DNA of 64,000 bases from Haliotis rufescens (taxonomy: Eukaryota): NCBI RefSeq assembly GCF_023055435.1, contig NW_025964024.1, positions 4,402,001-4,466,000 of the forward strand, written 5' to 3'. The position numbers and the translations under genes were made by a program. Below, one piece after another: positions 12,010 through 27,100 of the stretch. The stretch's first letter is position 1, and every line of letters begins with the position of its first letter. The notes under the pieces were generated by a model. The model ran no database searches. It saw nothing but the letters and a program-made list of their open reading frames with translations, and was not told where the DNA came from.

Positions 12010-13235
12010 TGCACATGGTGGAAATGATGCTCGGGTGTTTCCCCGGCAGGTGTCTGCCCTCCATGTAGTCAGTCTTACAGACCCTGATACAAATATATCA
12101 AATACAGCCCATGCAAGTCTATAATGTTTGGCAAGTCTAGATTTCTGCAGTATCTGAAAATGAAGAGTCTCTGGGCTCTTTTTTATTAATTTTTTTATTA
12201 AGATAATTTAACAACTATTTTTTTTCTGTACGATATGTTCATTTCAGAGACTAGATGTTAGTCTACCCTCCTTGGAAAAGATTTTTTAAAAATGTTTGGT
12301 ATTTGTGAATCATAAATTTTGCATACACTTTGTTGGTTTAGGAGTTATGTAAAGCTTGGAATATTCATTAAGATGAATATGTACAATCATAAATGGATTC
12401 TATCGGCTGGACATTTCACCCAAATGGTGTTGATGGCCTTGTCACTGACAAGATGGCCTACTTTTTCGTTGCCTCCACTGATGTAGTTTCATCAGCAGAA
12501 TAATGATAATAACAAAAACAATGATCAGGCAAGGCCAGTTTATTTATTTTTAACAAATATTCTTGGTTGCTATTCCAAGGTTAGAGGCAAAACAAAAGAA
12601 ATATCAATGTTGATGTAGAGTTGAATAAGAATTAAGATAAAAAAAGCCCTCTTGAAATAAAAGTTAAAATAAATTAAAAGCAAAAACATAAAAAAAACAT
12701 TTTAACTCTTTTAGAAATTTTATTACTGTTTGGGTATTGTTATTTGTAAGAAAATAAATTGGATGTGGTCTTAGTATGCAAGTAATGGCATATATACAGT
12801 GGGCATGGGGACCTCTTTCATGAACACACGCATGAATGGCACTACGAGCATATAGATATAAAAAAGTGTTTTCATCATGACAAAGGACTTTCAAGGCAAA
12901 AAATTTCCCAAGTTTACGACATGAATTACTACATTAAAAAGTGTTACTTTAATGGTAGGAGGATCCTATTTCCATGTCAACTGCTGTAAAGTGGTTCAGC
13001 TCCCTACCATCTGGAACAATGGGACGTACGCTGTATGACATTTATGTCTGTTCCTATTAAACAACACCAGAATGCTAATATGCATTACACACATGGCCGC
13101 TCTTGTTTCAGCTGGTGTGCTTGATGCGATGCATTGTGCAGTTCAGAGCGCAATCTCGGCCCACCAGAGCGTGAATGCATTAAGTATGTGCATGTTTGTT
13201 GTGGACTGGAGGGGAACATCCTGGACAGGAGAACC

Positions 13236-13568
13236 GGGTGGGGTGAAGTGGGGTTTAATGTCGTGTCAAAGATTGTTGCACTTATATGGCCACATGCATG
13301 CACACGTGTTTGTGGGTTAATGCTTGTTCTAGTCCGGACTGATGCTGGTTTTATAGTGCTAGCCCTCTGAGATGAGATACCATGCCACAGTTTTACATGA
13401 ATACCCTACTCAGACACATACTGACTCCAAGCCGACCAGTGACCCTTAATGCCGAGCGCCAGGCAGGATAACAACAAGTACCAACCTTTAGCCACTTTAG
13501 GTATGAGGGGCCAGGGAATCGAACCACCAATCTCAAGACGTTGCTCTATCCACTAGGCCACGGAGGCC
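13236..13568 (-). mobile_element. SINE family D, diverged
   Basis: Reverse complement of head, core and tail. Confidence 0.8.
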
Positions 13569-13656
13569 CATGAGAACCAGGAAACATGCATTCACCACCA
13601 GATATCTTCATGCGGGTGGAAAGATGGTTACAGTTACCACTATTACTCTAAATATG

Positions 13657-13923
13657 GACCTGTGAAGATCCGGGGTAGAATAGATCTTCAGCAACCCATG
13701 CTTGCCGTAAAAGGCGACTATGCTTGTCGTAAGTGGCGACTAATGGGATCAGGTGGTCAGGCTCGCTGACTTGGTTGATGCATGTCATCGATCAAAATGG
13801 CGTGGATCGATGCTCATGATTTCAATCACTGGATTGTCTGGTCCAGACACGATTATTTACAGACCACCGTCATATAGCTGGAATATTGCTGAGTGCGGCG
13901 TTAAACAACAAACTCACTCACTC
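13657..13923 (+). mobile_element. Family A, full length with TSD
   Basis: TSD actctaaatatg at 13645-13656 and 13924-13935. Confidence 0.9.
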
Positions 13924-15029
13924 ACTCTAAATATGCCATGAAAAAATAAGTTGTCTGAGCACTTAACTGAATGATATTAACCATAAAAAATTATTTGTTT
14001 TTAGAAATTATTCGCCTCATATTTTATTAAAATAAATATGCACCGTTACTTGGTCAGTCAGGAAACCCTTGCTACTTGTAGTTAGAAGCTGCCTGGTGAA
14101 CAGCTGATAACTTGGAGTGGTTCATCACTCATTTCCTGTTATATCATGTCATTATTGGGAAATTGAAACCACTTTAACATGTGGTTGTCAAGAGAATATA
14201 TTTCATCCTCGAAAATAATTCAAAATGAATTTCAGATTTTAAGGCTATGCATTTTCAGACAGACCTAAAACAAAAGTGGGTAAAGACTATGTGAATTTTT
14301 TTTTTCCACCAAATGCAAACTTACAAAAAGATTATCCATACAATACATTAGCTGTCGGACCAACGACCAACTTTAATAAACTATGTCATGGCAACATATT
14401 CACATAAACATATTAAATTCTTTCAATTTTATATTTTTTACCCAATAAATCATAAACCGGAATTAAAAAAGTGTATGAACCAAGTTAAAGTCTGTGAATT
14501 GAAATTTTACTGTCTTACCAAAATTTACCTAAATGAATGTAATTTAACATGTCCTTGTAGTTCATGACTTTGTGGCATTCAGTTGGTGGTTGGAAGTGAC
14601 TCAGTTTGGAATACATACAACAACTGAAAATATTACAAATATATTTCAAGTTGACTTTATCATGATTATCAAAATAAAGATGGTATTTAACATCAATCAT
14701 GATGGTTATCAGTGCAATGTATGGAATGAATGAGATATTATGTTAAGATGGAAATATTTCAGACTCTCTTTGGATAATATCAACAAACTCTTGAAAAAAT
14801 AACAAAAATATTTCAAGTTAATATTAACAGAATTATTACAGTATTAAACATTAATCAAGATTGTAGTAAGTGCAGTATATGGAATGAAGAGGATATTATA
14901 CACAGTGTGATAATTTATAGGAGAAAAATAAAAACTGCTGAATGCATGATGAAAATATTTCAAGTTAATTTTAACAGAATAATAAACAGTATCTAACATT
15001 AATCAAGATCTGTCCACATATGGAATGAA

Positions 15030-15063
15030 TTTTATTTATTTATTTATTTATTTATTGATTGAT

Positions 15064-15110
<47 letters not shown>

Positions 15111-16860
15111 TATGGAAAAAATAAAGATATTAAAAGATAAAATATACAAACAATATAACAACAATATTTCATTTTGATGTTATTAGAATAATTACGGTAT
15201 TAATTATCAAGATTGTAATCAGAGCCCATGTTGTAAAGTAGAGCTGTGCTCAGCTGGGCATATTGCAGTTGCATGTAAGTTAAACAGCAACACAAGCTGT
15301 GGACATTAAACTGAACTGTCACATGTAGAGTGCAAGCAACAATATCTGAATGCCGTTGTCCCTTTTTTCTGCGACAATTCTTTTTTATTGACATTAATAC
15401 TGCTGTACGTTGATTATGTCTGCCATAAATGTATTGAAAGTTTTTTTAATGCAACAAGAAGTGTGAATCGGCGAGGTATTTACTGCCTCCTTCTTTTAAC
15501 AGTTTTCACAGCAACATATGGAGATTTGGTTGATACGATGAAGTTGAAAATGGGAGATTTATAGCAGTTATGATAAGTTCTACTTGTTTGGTGTGTACAT
15601 GCAGTGCTGGTTATTCCCAGGTAATGCATTCAGCATGAGAGCATTCCACGGGCTGTATTTATGTAGGAATATTTAAGTGAGGTAAAATTGACAGTGACAT
15701 ATAGTGTCGTTTTTAGGGTAGTGACAAGAATGCTGTGGTGGATGATATGTTTGTTTTATTTTCCTGTGATAGATGATCTGCAAGAAAGGGTTGGAGTGAA
15801 AGTGTGTCTGAGAGGGAAGTATTGCAGTTATTTGCCGGTAATATTAGTGTTTATTTTACGTGTGTCGTTCTTACGTCTCACGGCCATATGTAACAAAGTA
15901 TAGGGATGAGGCGATGATGGAACTCCACAAGATGCAGGGATGTTGTTCCCTGTCCTGCAGCAACCCTTCTGTCATCCTTCCACCGTCCCCTCCGTCCCCC
16001 AAACACTGGCTAGGAACATGCTGTGTAGGAGTTTTATAGTCTGAAAATTTAATCGAACTTGACACAAGCCTAATGCTCCAAGTCACAGAATGCATTAAAT
16101 CCTGGCCCAAATGACTTGTTTTATTGAAGGCTTCAGCAACGGTTAGCCTGCATGAGAATGATGCAGATTGCTGTTTCTGTTGCAATATCAACGTGCAGTC
16201 GTCCTCCCCAGACCAAAACATGTCGTGCCTCCATTCCAAACACACTGCATTAATCTCTGTCATAAACATTTAGTTTCAAGCAGAGAAGACGAGGAATGGG
16301 GTTCGTTGTTGTTCATCATTTTCAAAGCATTCGGAACAAAAAAGTTATGATATATTGAATCGCAAATTAAAAATTGAGATAAATGCAGTCCGGAAATGTG
16401 GAAGAGTCTGGACTGTATCAAGATTGTGCATGGAGAGATGGTGTGTATGCTGGCGACGATCCGTGGTAACACAGACTGTAACGTCTGACTCACCATCATC
16501 CTCAACCCCACGCAACATCATTCTCATGTCGGGTACTTCGTGTACATGCTGCACTCAGTCTTTTGAAAGTCTTGTAGATATATTAGACACTTCAATTTTT
16601 ACAATCAAATAATATGAGTTGATTTATCATTTTGATGTTCAGAGCTATTGTGGTATCTCTGTAGCAGACTGCTTTTGGTTTGATGTCAGTCTTGGCCACA
16701 GATTGTGAGTCAGGCATTCTGTAATTTGTCTCAGGGATGTTAATTGCAAAATTGGATCTGGCAATGAGCGATCATGTAGGATGATGGTTTTAGAAGATAA
16801 CCCGAGTTCAGAACACTGACACCGTCTCTTCCTAATCCTCCCCTCCTCTTGACAAATCAG
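15030..16860 (-). mobile_element. Highly decayed non-LTR retrotransposon (RT remnant) with (taaa)n 3' tail
   Basis: Minus-strand LTVAEAFNKTSH resembles the RT motif LD..KAFD.V.H. An SCGVP-like motif lies downstream, and (ttta)n at 15031-15111 is the presumptive tail. Boundaries are approximate. Confidence 0.45.
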
Positions 16861-16884
16861 TGTCACACCAGCAAGTCTTCACTC

Positions 16885-18022
16885 CCCATTGTCACATCAC
16901 ACACACACAGTCTCACCTGCTTATTGTCACATCATACACAGATAGTCTCACCTACTTATTGTAACATCACACACAGATAGTCTCACCTACTTATTGTAAC
17001 ATCATACACACAGTCTCACCTACTTATTGTAACATCATACACAGACAGTCTCACCTACTTATTGTAACATCACACACAGATAGTCTCACCTACTTATTGT
17101 AACATCACACACAGATAGTCTCACCTACTTATTGTAACATCACACACAGATAGTCTCACCTACTTATTGTCATATCATACACAGACAGTCTCACCTACTT
17201 ATTGTCATATCATACACAGATAGTCTCACCTACTTATTGTAACATCACACACAGACAGTCTCACCTACTTATTGTAACATCACACACAGATAGTCTCACC
17301 TACTTATTGTCATATCATACACACACAGTCTCACCTACTTATTGTCATATCATACACACACAGTCTCACCTTCTTATTGTAACATCACACACAGATAGTC
17401 TCACCTACTTATTGTCATATCATACACAGACAGTCTCACCTACTTACTGTCACATCATACACAGTCTCACCTACTTATTGTCATATCATACACACACAGT
17501 CTCACCTACTTATTGTCATATCATACACACACAGTCTCACCTACTTATTGTAACATCATACACACAGTCTCACCTACTTATTGTCATATCACACACAGAC
17601 AGTCTCACCTACTTATTGTCACATCACACACACACAGTCTCACCTACTTATTGTCATATCATACACAGACAGTCTCACCTACTTATTGTCACATCATACA
17701 CACACAGTCTCACCTACTTTTTGTCACATGACACACACACAGTCTCACCTACTTATTGTCATATCATACACAGACAGTCTCACCTACTTATTGTCACATC
17801 ATACACACAGTCTCACCTACTTATTGTCACATCACACACAGATAGTCTCATCTACTTATTGTAACATCATACACACAGTCTCACCTACTTATTGTCACAT
17901 CACACACATACAGTCTCACCTACTTATTGTCACATCACACAGTCTCACCTGCTTATTGTCACATCACACCCTGTCCCACCTGCTTATTGTCACATCATAC
18001 ACACACAGTCTCACCTACTTAC
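16885..18022. repeat. ~31-35-bp minisatellite (cagtctcacctacttattgtcacatca(ta/ca)caca..)n
   Basis: Direct inspection; unit length varies with an internal CA run. Confidence 0.95.
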
Positions 18023-18023
18023 T

Positions 18024-18162
18024 GGATACGATGACGTGCATCAACCAAGTCAGCGAGGCTGACCACCCAACCCCGTTGGTTGCTTCTTATGACAAGCATA
18101 GTCGCCTTTCATGGCAAGCGTGGGTTGCTGAGGACATATTCTCACCCGGATCTTCACAGGTC
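18024..18162 (-). mobile_element. Family A, 5' half, abutting a minisatellite
   Basis: Reverse complement of the gacctgtgaagatcc head. Confidence 0.75.
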
Positions 18163-18362
18163 ACTATGAATAGTGAATTGTCTGTCCAATAAGTGTGGCA
18201 GGTAATCATCGTCACTGTCAGAATATTGCTCCCACTGTCACGTGACATGACTGATGATCTTGTACCAGACTGGTGATAGATAGTCTTCAGGCAACATGCA
18301 TTACTGATGTTGTCGACAGCTGACATAACAGCTGTCAATGACTTAATTGATGTTGTGGTAGT

Positions 18363-18830
18363 GGTCCCATTGATAACTAGTCTTTAGGAGATTGTCACAT
18401 GACATAACTGACAATCTCATACAGGTCCCATTGATAACTAGTCTTTAGGAGAAGTGTATGATTGATGTTGTCATAACTGTCAATCCGACTGTCACGATGG
18501 AACTGACAATCTCATGCTGGTCCCATTGATAACAAGTCTTTAAGAGAAGTGTATAACTGTTGTTGTCATAACTGTCAATCCGACTGTCGCGATGGAACTG
18601 ACAATCTCATACAGGTCCCATTGATAACTAGTCTTTAGGAGAAGTGTATAATTGTTGTTGTCATAACTGTCAATCCGACTGTCACGATGGAACTGACAAT
18701 CTCATACAGGTCCCACTGATGACTAATCCTGAGGGGACATGCACCATTGATGGTGTCAAAGCTGTCACATCCAACTGTCACCTGACATAACTGACAATCT
18801 CATACAGGTCACAGTGATAACTGGTCTATG
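18363..18830. repeat. 95-bp tandem repeat, ~5 copies
   Basis: acaggtcccattgataac recurs at 18421 and 18611 (2 x 95). Confidence 0.9.
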
Positions 18831-19227
18831 TCATGCTTGTCAGAGTGATAACTAGTTTTAACACATGCATCACTGATGTCGATAGCTGTCACACCTTAGA
18901 CTAGTTTGTAAACAAGACCTATGTCTTCTCATCATGGCAGAATGGACCAAGCATTCTTCTTGTTAATATGAGCCAATTCAACTATCATCATCTATTCCAG
19001 GGCTACAAAAATCAAGGGGGAAAACAACTAATTTTCATCCGAAACTGGTTCCCACAGGAGATATGGCTTGGGTGATATTTACATTGCATCACAATGCTTT
19101 GCAGACCATTGTGACATCATTGGTTACCATGGATTTACAATCAAATGACATCACTAATGGCTCTGCTACTGAAGCTGTTAGCAGTACTTTTTATACTTAA
19201 GACACTGCTTATTACTGTCTAGAAACA

Positions 19228-19511
19228 GGGGGACGGGTGGCCCAGTCGTCTAAGGCCCTGCGATTCGTGGTGCAGAGTTGTGTCCCATGGGTGCGCCAGA
19301 AACCTATGATTGTGGGTTCGAATCCTGCTTCGCCCCAATTATGTTTCTAGGTTTGTCAGCACCATACCCGTGCTCGTGGGTTTCACCGAAGTGGTAAATG
19401 TCTGAGACCTGCATCACTTCGGGCTTTCCTCCCACATTAAGCTGACACACCGTGGTGATATAACTGGAATACTGTTAAAAGCGGCATTAAACCCATCTCA
19501 CTCAATCACTC
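19228..19511 (+). mobile_element. tRNA-derived SINE family C (V-domain-like core)
   Basis: Head tggcccagtcgtctaagg...ggttcgaatcc, core cgtgggtttc...cgggctttcctcccaca, TSD actgtcta(g/c)aaac. Confidence 0.85.
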
Positions 19512-19554
19512 ACTGTCTACAAACTGAAAAAGTTGGAAGAATGATATTGGATGA

Positions 19555-19663
19555 TAAATAAAATCTCACCCTCGTGTCTTTTGATCTAAAAGATTTTCCA
19601 CTTTTATCAACTTGTGTTGATATATTTGATATCAAAAGACACTCGGGTGAGATTCTCTATTTA
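19555..19663. mobile_element. Short foldback/MITE-like element
   Basis: aatctcaccctcgtgtcttttgat / atcaaaagacactcgggtgagatt inverted repeat. Confidence 0.6.
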
Positions 19664-20364
19664 ATTTGGGTAAGTTAGCATACCAGTATCAATCATTATC
19701 TGAGAATGTATTGAAATAAGTCCAAGACTTTCACGGCATTCCTGTTATTGCTGCTGCATAAGTACGTATGTTTCCCCTTCCCAGACATTGTTTTTGCAAT
19801 CGTTTGTATTAGTTTTTGCTTTGTTTAACCAAAGCAGCTGTGCTAAATTTCATGTGAGAGAATGCACATCAGATCCAAAAACATTTGAAATAAACATTCA
19901 ACTTCAGCATGATAGATATATTTGTTGAAATACTCTGAATACTCTCATTCTTCAAATGTTTGTTAAAAAAACTGTCATCACTAAGAGCGCTTGAGTCTTG
20001 TTAAAACTACAAAACAGACAATGTACATTTCTGCAATGTTCTATTTTAGAAGAATGTCAAGACGAATCCTATTTGTTGTAAACAAAATTTGAGGCATTAG
20101 TCAAATATACCATAAGCTGTTGTGCCATATACACTGAGAAGCATCCTGCCGTGGTTGACACAGGAATATCGCTGGGCCAAAATACATGGATGGGGGTGGG
20201 ATTTCACACGCAAATAAACATTTATTTTGGGAAGTGTTTGATTTAGGGTTGAGGCAGGCTGTTGTGTGAATGTAGGGGAAACAGGCAGGTGGAATCAAGG
20301 TAATTAATGTCAAGGCTTGTGTGAACAGTGTTTGGAGGTAGCACTGTTAGGACGTATCATATAT

Positions 20365-21078
20365 AGGTAGCTCCATATTGACATGAGACATTGGAGGTAG
20401 CTCAATTAGAACACGAGACATTGAAGGTAGCTCCATATTGACATGAGACATTGGAGGTAGCTCCATATTGACATGAGACATTGGAGGTAGCTCCATATTG
20501 ACATGAGACAATGGAGGTAGCTCCATTAGAACACAAGACATTGAAGGTAGCTCCATATGGACATGAGACATTGGAGGTAGCTCAATTAGAACATGAGGCA
20601 TTGGAGGTAGCTCCATATTGACATGAGACATTGGAGGTAGCTCCATATTGACATCAGACATTGGAGGTAGCTCCATATTGACATGAGACATTGAAGGTAG
20701 CTCCATATTGACATCAGACATTGAAGGTAGCTCCATATTGACATGAAGCGTTATAGGTAGCTCCATATTGACATGAGACATTGAAGGTAGCTCCATATTG
20801 ACATCAGACATTGAAGGTAGCTCCATATTGACATGAAGCGTTAGAGGTAGCTCCATATTGACATGAGATATTGGAGGTAGCTCCATATTGACATGAGACA
20901 TTGAAGGTAGCTCCATATTGACATGAGACATAGGAGGTAGCTCCATATTGACATGAGACATTGAAGGTAGCTCCATATTAACATGAGACATAGGAGGTAG
21001 CTCCATATTGACATGAAGCGTTAGAGGTAGCTCCATATTGACATGAGATATTGGAGGTAGCTCCATTAGGACATGAAA
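20365..21078. repeat. 30-bp minisatellite (ggtagctccatattgacatgagacattgga)n, ~24 copies
   Basis: Direct inspection. Confidence 0.97.
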
Positions 21079-21864
21079 GGGATAGGCAATACCCTCTTGT
21101 AATTAATAGCTGAAGAGATGCTTTCAGGGCCTTTGAAAGAATCAGAAACAATAACAGTGGGTAATGAAAGTTTCAAAGGAGGCACGATTCTGCCATTTTC
21201 CATGAAGCTTTACACACTGGAATTGAGCATTTGCAAATTAAATTGTGAGTAATTCTGACATGTCAGACTGACCGCTCTCAGGTCGACAGTGTACATTAAA
21301 CATAGCATGTTGATGTGACATAGTCTGTGTACAGTTCTCACACTGGGGAGGAAGGGATGAGTTGTCTGTAAGTCTGTGTGTTTGTCTGTCATGGGGTCAG
21401 CGTGACATGCTGTGTGTGCTGAGTTGCCAGCTCCAAGACGGAAGGCCCGAACTTCGCGGCCAGGTCAGTGTCAGCCTGTCAAGTTGAAAGGGAATCCATG
21501 CACCAGTTAGACGTTCAAAATTATACAGATTCATTGAAAAAAAATAATTTAAGCTTTGTTGTTTCTTTAGGATATCCAGGTTCTTCTCTGTGTCTGATGT
21601 AATGTTGTTGATGAGACAAAGGAATGGATGAGACATTACTCTCCATGTCCATCTCCAGTTTAAGATAGCGCTGTTCGTTGGGTGTTGGTTGAGTAAAGGG
21701 GAGGGAGCTTTAGCATTAATTTTGTATTAAGTTTGCCCAAGTTCTGTTCTCCACTGTTTGAATACTGAAGTGACAAGGACAAGGCTGAACAATGGCTGAT
21801 TGCAGTATTACACAACATTTTCTTACTGATTTTGCATCCCTTGGCACGCCAGAAACTTATCATC

Positions 21865-22023
21865 ATGGGTTGAATCCAGGTTTATGTTTCTGGGTTTGTC
21901 AGTCACGTCTAAGATGTGCATCAATCTCGTGCTTTTCTCCCACATCCAGATGGCATGCCATGATGTAGCCGGAATTCTGTTTAAAACAGTGTCAAACCCA
22001 ACTCACTCACTCACTCACTCACT
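21865..22023 (+). mobile_element. SINE family C, diverged 3' part
   Basis: ttatgtttctgggtttgtcag through ctcccaca, with (actc)n tail. Confidence 0.65.
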
Positions 22024-22114
22024 GCTTAAGGTTGCAGTCATACAGAAAGTCATGATGTGATGCATATACTCCATCTGATCCACTGTAAGATGTCTGTCAT
22101 GGCATGTCATGCTT

Positions 22115-22353
22115 GACCTGTGAAGATCCGGGGTAGAATAGGTCTTCAGCAACCCTTGCTTGTCGTAAGAGGCAACTAACGATATCGGGTGGTCAGACTC
22201 GCTGACTTGGTTCATGCATGTCATCATGTCCCAATTGCGTGGATGGTGCTCATGATGTCCATCACTGGATTTTTTTGTCCAGACTTGATTATTTACAGAC
22301 CGCTGTCATATGGCTGGAATGTTGCTGAGTGGGGCGTTAAACAAACAACAAAC
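22115..22353 (+). mobile_element. Family A, full length
   Basis: gacctgtgaagatccggggtagaa through ggcgttaaacaaacaac. Confidence 0.85.
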
Positions 22354-22459
22354 CACCCCTCTTGTCTTCTATTTTAACCTCTCACCAATCATCACCTGTC
22401 ACTCATTCAATGGCCTCCGCTCTCACCCACTATGACCTCCTCTCTTCCACATGACAGTG

Positions 22460-23130
22460 TCTTTAGCCCACCATTCCAGCAGCTATCACCCACATGCCTA
22501 CCTCTAACCCCCACCATCAGCAGCTATCACCCACATGACCACCTCTAACCCCCACCGTCAGCAGCCATCACCTACATGACCACCTCTAACCCCCACCATC
22601 AGCAGCCATCACCCACATGACCACCCTCTAACTCCCACCATCAGCAGCCATCACCCACATGACCACCTCTAACCCCCACCATCAGCAGCCATCACCCACA
22701 TGACCACCTCTAACCCCCACCATCAGCAGCCATCACCCACATGACCACCTCTAACCCCCACCATCAGCAGCCATCACCCACATGACCACCTCTAACCCCC
22801 ACCATCAGCAGCCATCACCCACATGACCACCTCTAACCCCCACCATCAGCAGCCATCACCCACATGACCACCTCTAACCCCCACCATCAGCAGCCATCAC
22901 CTACATGACCACCCTCTAACCCCCACCATCAGCAGCCATCACCCACATGACCACCCTCTAACTCCCACCATCAGCATCCATCACCCACATGACCACATCT
23001 AACCCCCATCAGCAGCCATCACCCACATGACCACCTCTAACCCCCACCATCAGCAGCCATCACCCACATGACCACCTCTAACCCCCACCATGAGCAGCCA
23101 TCACCCCACAAGACCACCTCTAACCCCTCC
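22460..23130. repeat. 41-bp minisatellite, ~16 copies
   Basis: Unit accacctctaacccccaccatcagcagccatcacccacatg. Confidence 0.95.
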
Positions 23131-23611
23131 CTTAACTTTGTGTGGTCCAGCGCCACCTGACACATGTGAAGATTACAGCCTGATCTTTGCTGCTTTTTGA
23201 AGAATGTAATATGCCACAGATGGCCTTGGTAAATAATACAAACTTGTTTGTCTGTTTAGCTATTTATAATCAGGATAAGGGTTAGATAGGCCTCCACTGG
23301 TGTCAGGGGATATATAAGTGAGGTAGATAGGTGTAAGATAAACTGGCAGATCAGGCAACAGGGTGACACCGAGGTGGAGATCTGTTTGTGGGAGGAGGAT
23401 TGGTGTCATGGAAGAAACCTACTTTCTGAGGCTTGGTGTCAGATGTTACAGTCTACCTCGGATCATAGCAGATTTAGATGGCAGCCCAGACAACTGTACA
23501 CCTCTACTTGGTCCGATTAAGACTGGGATTAACATAGCCCAATTGACTGACTCCTGCCACGGTTTCGTGCTGGTGTGCAGAGGCTGGAAGGTCTATGTGA
23601 TAGGTCAGCAA

Positions 23612-23805
23612 TAGACTTGCACAAGTCTCTAAGGCAATAATTATTAGTTTAAATCATAATTTTTGGTTATTTGAATAATAGTAACAAGTTGTTGCTATAA
23701 AAGACTGGAGTACTGTCCACATACCTTGACTTGCCTATTAGGAGGAAAGAATTATTGTTCCATATCCATAGACGTTTCTTCCAGTATAGCCTTGAAGCAA
23801 GGCTA
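23612..23805 (-). mobile_element. Family E copy
   Basis: tagacttgcacaagtct through agccttgaagcaaggcta. Confidence 0.75.
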
Positions 23806-24057
23806 GGTCTGCGGCTGCCGTGTGACAGCTCACACCTGGGGGAGGGGGGCATGACATCTACATGTCATACCCAGATTATGCACACTCACTGAGCCTGGAT
23901 TACCCAGGGGTCAACACAGGGCCTGCACACCTGGATGATCGTGTTGACCAGGGATCTCGTAGTGTAATTAGGGGTCAGTGAATCACATGGAAGCAGGTAG
24001 ACATACTCACGGGATCAGTGATTCTAAAGTTGGGTTGTATGTGGTATCAGTCACAAT

Positions 24058-24195
24058 GATGTGAGGTGAAATGGGGTTTGACATCGCGTTCAAGATTGTT
24101 GCACTTATATTGTGACAGGCATGCATGCGTGAGGGCGTACTTATCTGGACTAATGTAAATTTTATATTGCTAGCCCACTGTGATACCCTGCCGCA
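24058..24195 (-). mobile_element. SINE family D, 3' fragment abutting a satellite
   Basis: gtgaggtgaaatggggttt through tgctagcccactgtgatacc. Confidence 0.7.
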
Positions 24196-24199
24196 GTTT

Positions 24200-27100
24200 C
24201 CCCCCTCCAACTTCCATGACCACCCCCTCTAACTCCCATGGCCTCCCCCTCTAACTTCCATGACCACCCCCTCTAACCTCATGGCCTCCCCCTCTAACTT
24301 CCATGACCACCCCCTCTAACCTCATGACCTGCCCCTCTAACCTCATGACCACCCCCTCTAACTCCCATGGCCTCCCCCTCTAACTCCCATGGCCTCCCCC
24401 CCTCTAACTTCCATGACCACCCCCTCTAACTCCATGGCCTCCCCCTCTAACTCCCATGGCCTCCCCCTCTAACTCCCATGGCCTCCCCCCTCTAACCTCA
24501 TTGCCTACCCTTCTAACTTCCATGACCACCCCCTCTAACCCCATGACCCCCTTCTAACCCCATGGCCTCCTCCTCTAACTTCCATGACCACCCCCTCTAA
24601 CTCCCATGGCCACCCCCTCTAACTCCCATGGCCTCCCCCTCTAACTTCCATGACCACCCCCTCTAACTCCCATGGCCTCCCCCTCTAACTCCCATGGCCT
24701 CCCCCCTCTAACCTCATGGCCTACCCTTCTAACCCCATGACCACCTCCTCTAACCCCATGACCACCCCCTCTAACCCCCAAGACCACACCTCTAACCCAA
24801 AGACCACCCCCTCTAACCTCCATGACCACCCCCTCTTACCTCATGACCACCCCCTCTAACCCCATGACCACCCTTCTAACCCAATGACCACCCTTCTAAC
24901 CTCCATGACCACCCCCTCTATCCTCCATGACCACCCTTCTTACCTCCATGACCACCCTTCTAACCCTATGACCACCCCCTCTTTCCTCCATGACCATCTC
25001 CTCTATCCTCCATGACCACCCTTCTAACCCCATGACCACCTCCTCTAACCCCATGACCACTCCCTCTTTCCTCCATGACCACCCTTCTAACCCCATGACC
25101 ACCCCCTCTTTCCTCCATGACCACCCCCTCTAACCCCATGACCACCCCCTCTTTCCTCCATGACCACCCCCTCTTTCCTCCATGACCACCTCTTCTTACC
25201 TCCATGACCACCCCCTCTAACCCCATGACCACCTCCTCTAACCTCCATGACCACCCCCTCTAACCCCCATGACCACCGCCTCTATCCTCCATGACCACCC
25301 TTCTAACCCCCATGACCACCCTTCTAACCCCATGACCACCCCCTCTATCCTCCATGACCACCCTTCTAACTCCATGACCACCCTTCTAACCCCATGACCA
25401 CCTCCTCTTACCTCCATGACCACCCTTCTAACCCCATGACCACCCTTCTAACCCCATGACCACCGCCTCTATCCTCCATGATCACCCTTCTAACCCCATG
25501 ACCACCCCCTCTATCCTCCATGACCACCCTTCTTACCTCCATGACCACCCTTCTAACCCCATGACCACCCCCTCTTTCCTCCATGACCACCGCCTCTATC
25601 CTCCATGACCACCCTTCTAACCCCATGACCACCTCCTCTAACCTCCATGACCACCCCCTCTTTCCTCCATGACCACCCCCTCTTTCCTCCATGACCACCT
25701 CTTCTTACCTCCATGACCACCCCCTCTAACCCCATGACACCTCCTCTAACCTCCATGACCACCCCCTCTAACCCCCATGACCACCGCCTCTATCCTCCAT
25801 GACCACCCTTCTAACCTCCATGACCACCCTTCTAACCCCATGACCACCCCCTCTATCCTCCATGACCACCCTTCTAACTCCATGACCACCCTTCTAACCC
25901 CAAGACCACCCTTCTAACCTCCCTGACCACCGCCTCTATCCTCCATGACCACCCTTCTAACCTCCATGACCACCGCCTCTATCCTCCATGACCACCCTTC
26001 TGGCCCCATGACCACCCTTCTAACCCCATGACCACCTCCTCTTACCTCCATGACCACCCTTCTAACCCCATGACCACCGCCTCTATCCTCCATGATCACC
26101 CTTCTAACCCCATGACCACCCCCTCTAACCTCCATGACCACCCTTCTAACCCCATGACCACCGCCTCTATCCTCCATGATCACCCTTCTAACCCCATGAC
26201 CACCCTTCTTACCTCCATGACCACCCTTCTAACCCCATGACCACCCCCTCTTTCCTCCATGACCACCGCCTCTATCCTCCATGACCACCCTTCTAACCCC
26301 ATGACCACCTCCTCTAACCTCCATGACCACCCCCTCTTTCCTCCATGACCACCCTTCTCACCCCATGACCACCCCCTCTAACCCCATGACCACTGCCTCT
26401 AACCCCATGACCACCCCCTCTTTCCTCATGACCACCCCCTCTAACCCCATGACCACCCCCTCTTTCCTCCATGACCACCGCCTCTATCCTCCATGACCAC
26501 CCTTCTAACCCCATGACCACCTCCTCTAACCCCATGACCACCCCCTCTATCCTCCATGACACCCTTCTAACCCCATGACCACCTCCTCTAACCCCATGAC
26601 CACCCCCTCTTTCCTCCATGACCACCCTTCTAACCCCATGACCACCCCCTCTTTCCTCCATGACCACCCCCTCTAACCCCATGACCACCCCCTCTTTCCT
26701 CCATGACCACCCCCTCTTTCCTCCATGACCACCCCTTCTTACCTCCATGACCACCCCTCTAACCCCATGACCACCTCCTCTAACCTCCATGACCACCCCC
26801 TCTAACCCCCATGTCCACCGCCTCTATCCTCCATGACCACCCTTCTAACCTCCATGACCACCCTTCTAACCCCATGACCACCCCCTCTATCCTCCATGAC
26901 CACCCTTCTTACCTCCATGACCACCCCCTCTAACCCCATGACCACCCCCTCTTTCCTCCATGACCACCGCCTCTATCCTCCATGACCACCCTTCTAACCC
27001 CATGACCACCTCCTCTAACCTCCATGACCACCCCCTCTAACCCCCATGACCACTGCCTCTATCCTCCATGACCACCCTTCTAACCTCCATGACCACCCTT

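Noticed and set aside
20347-21066. 239-aa (MELPPMSHVN)n ORF, and similar ORFs at 7169, 17202, 30739 and 48052-49023
   Set aside because: Translations of tandem repeats.
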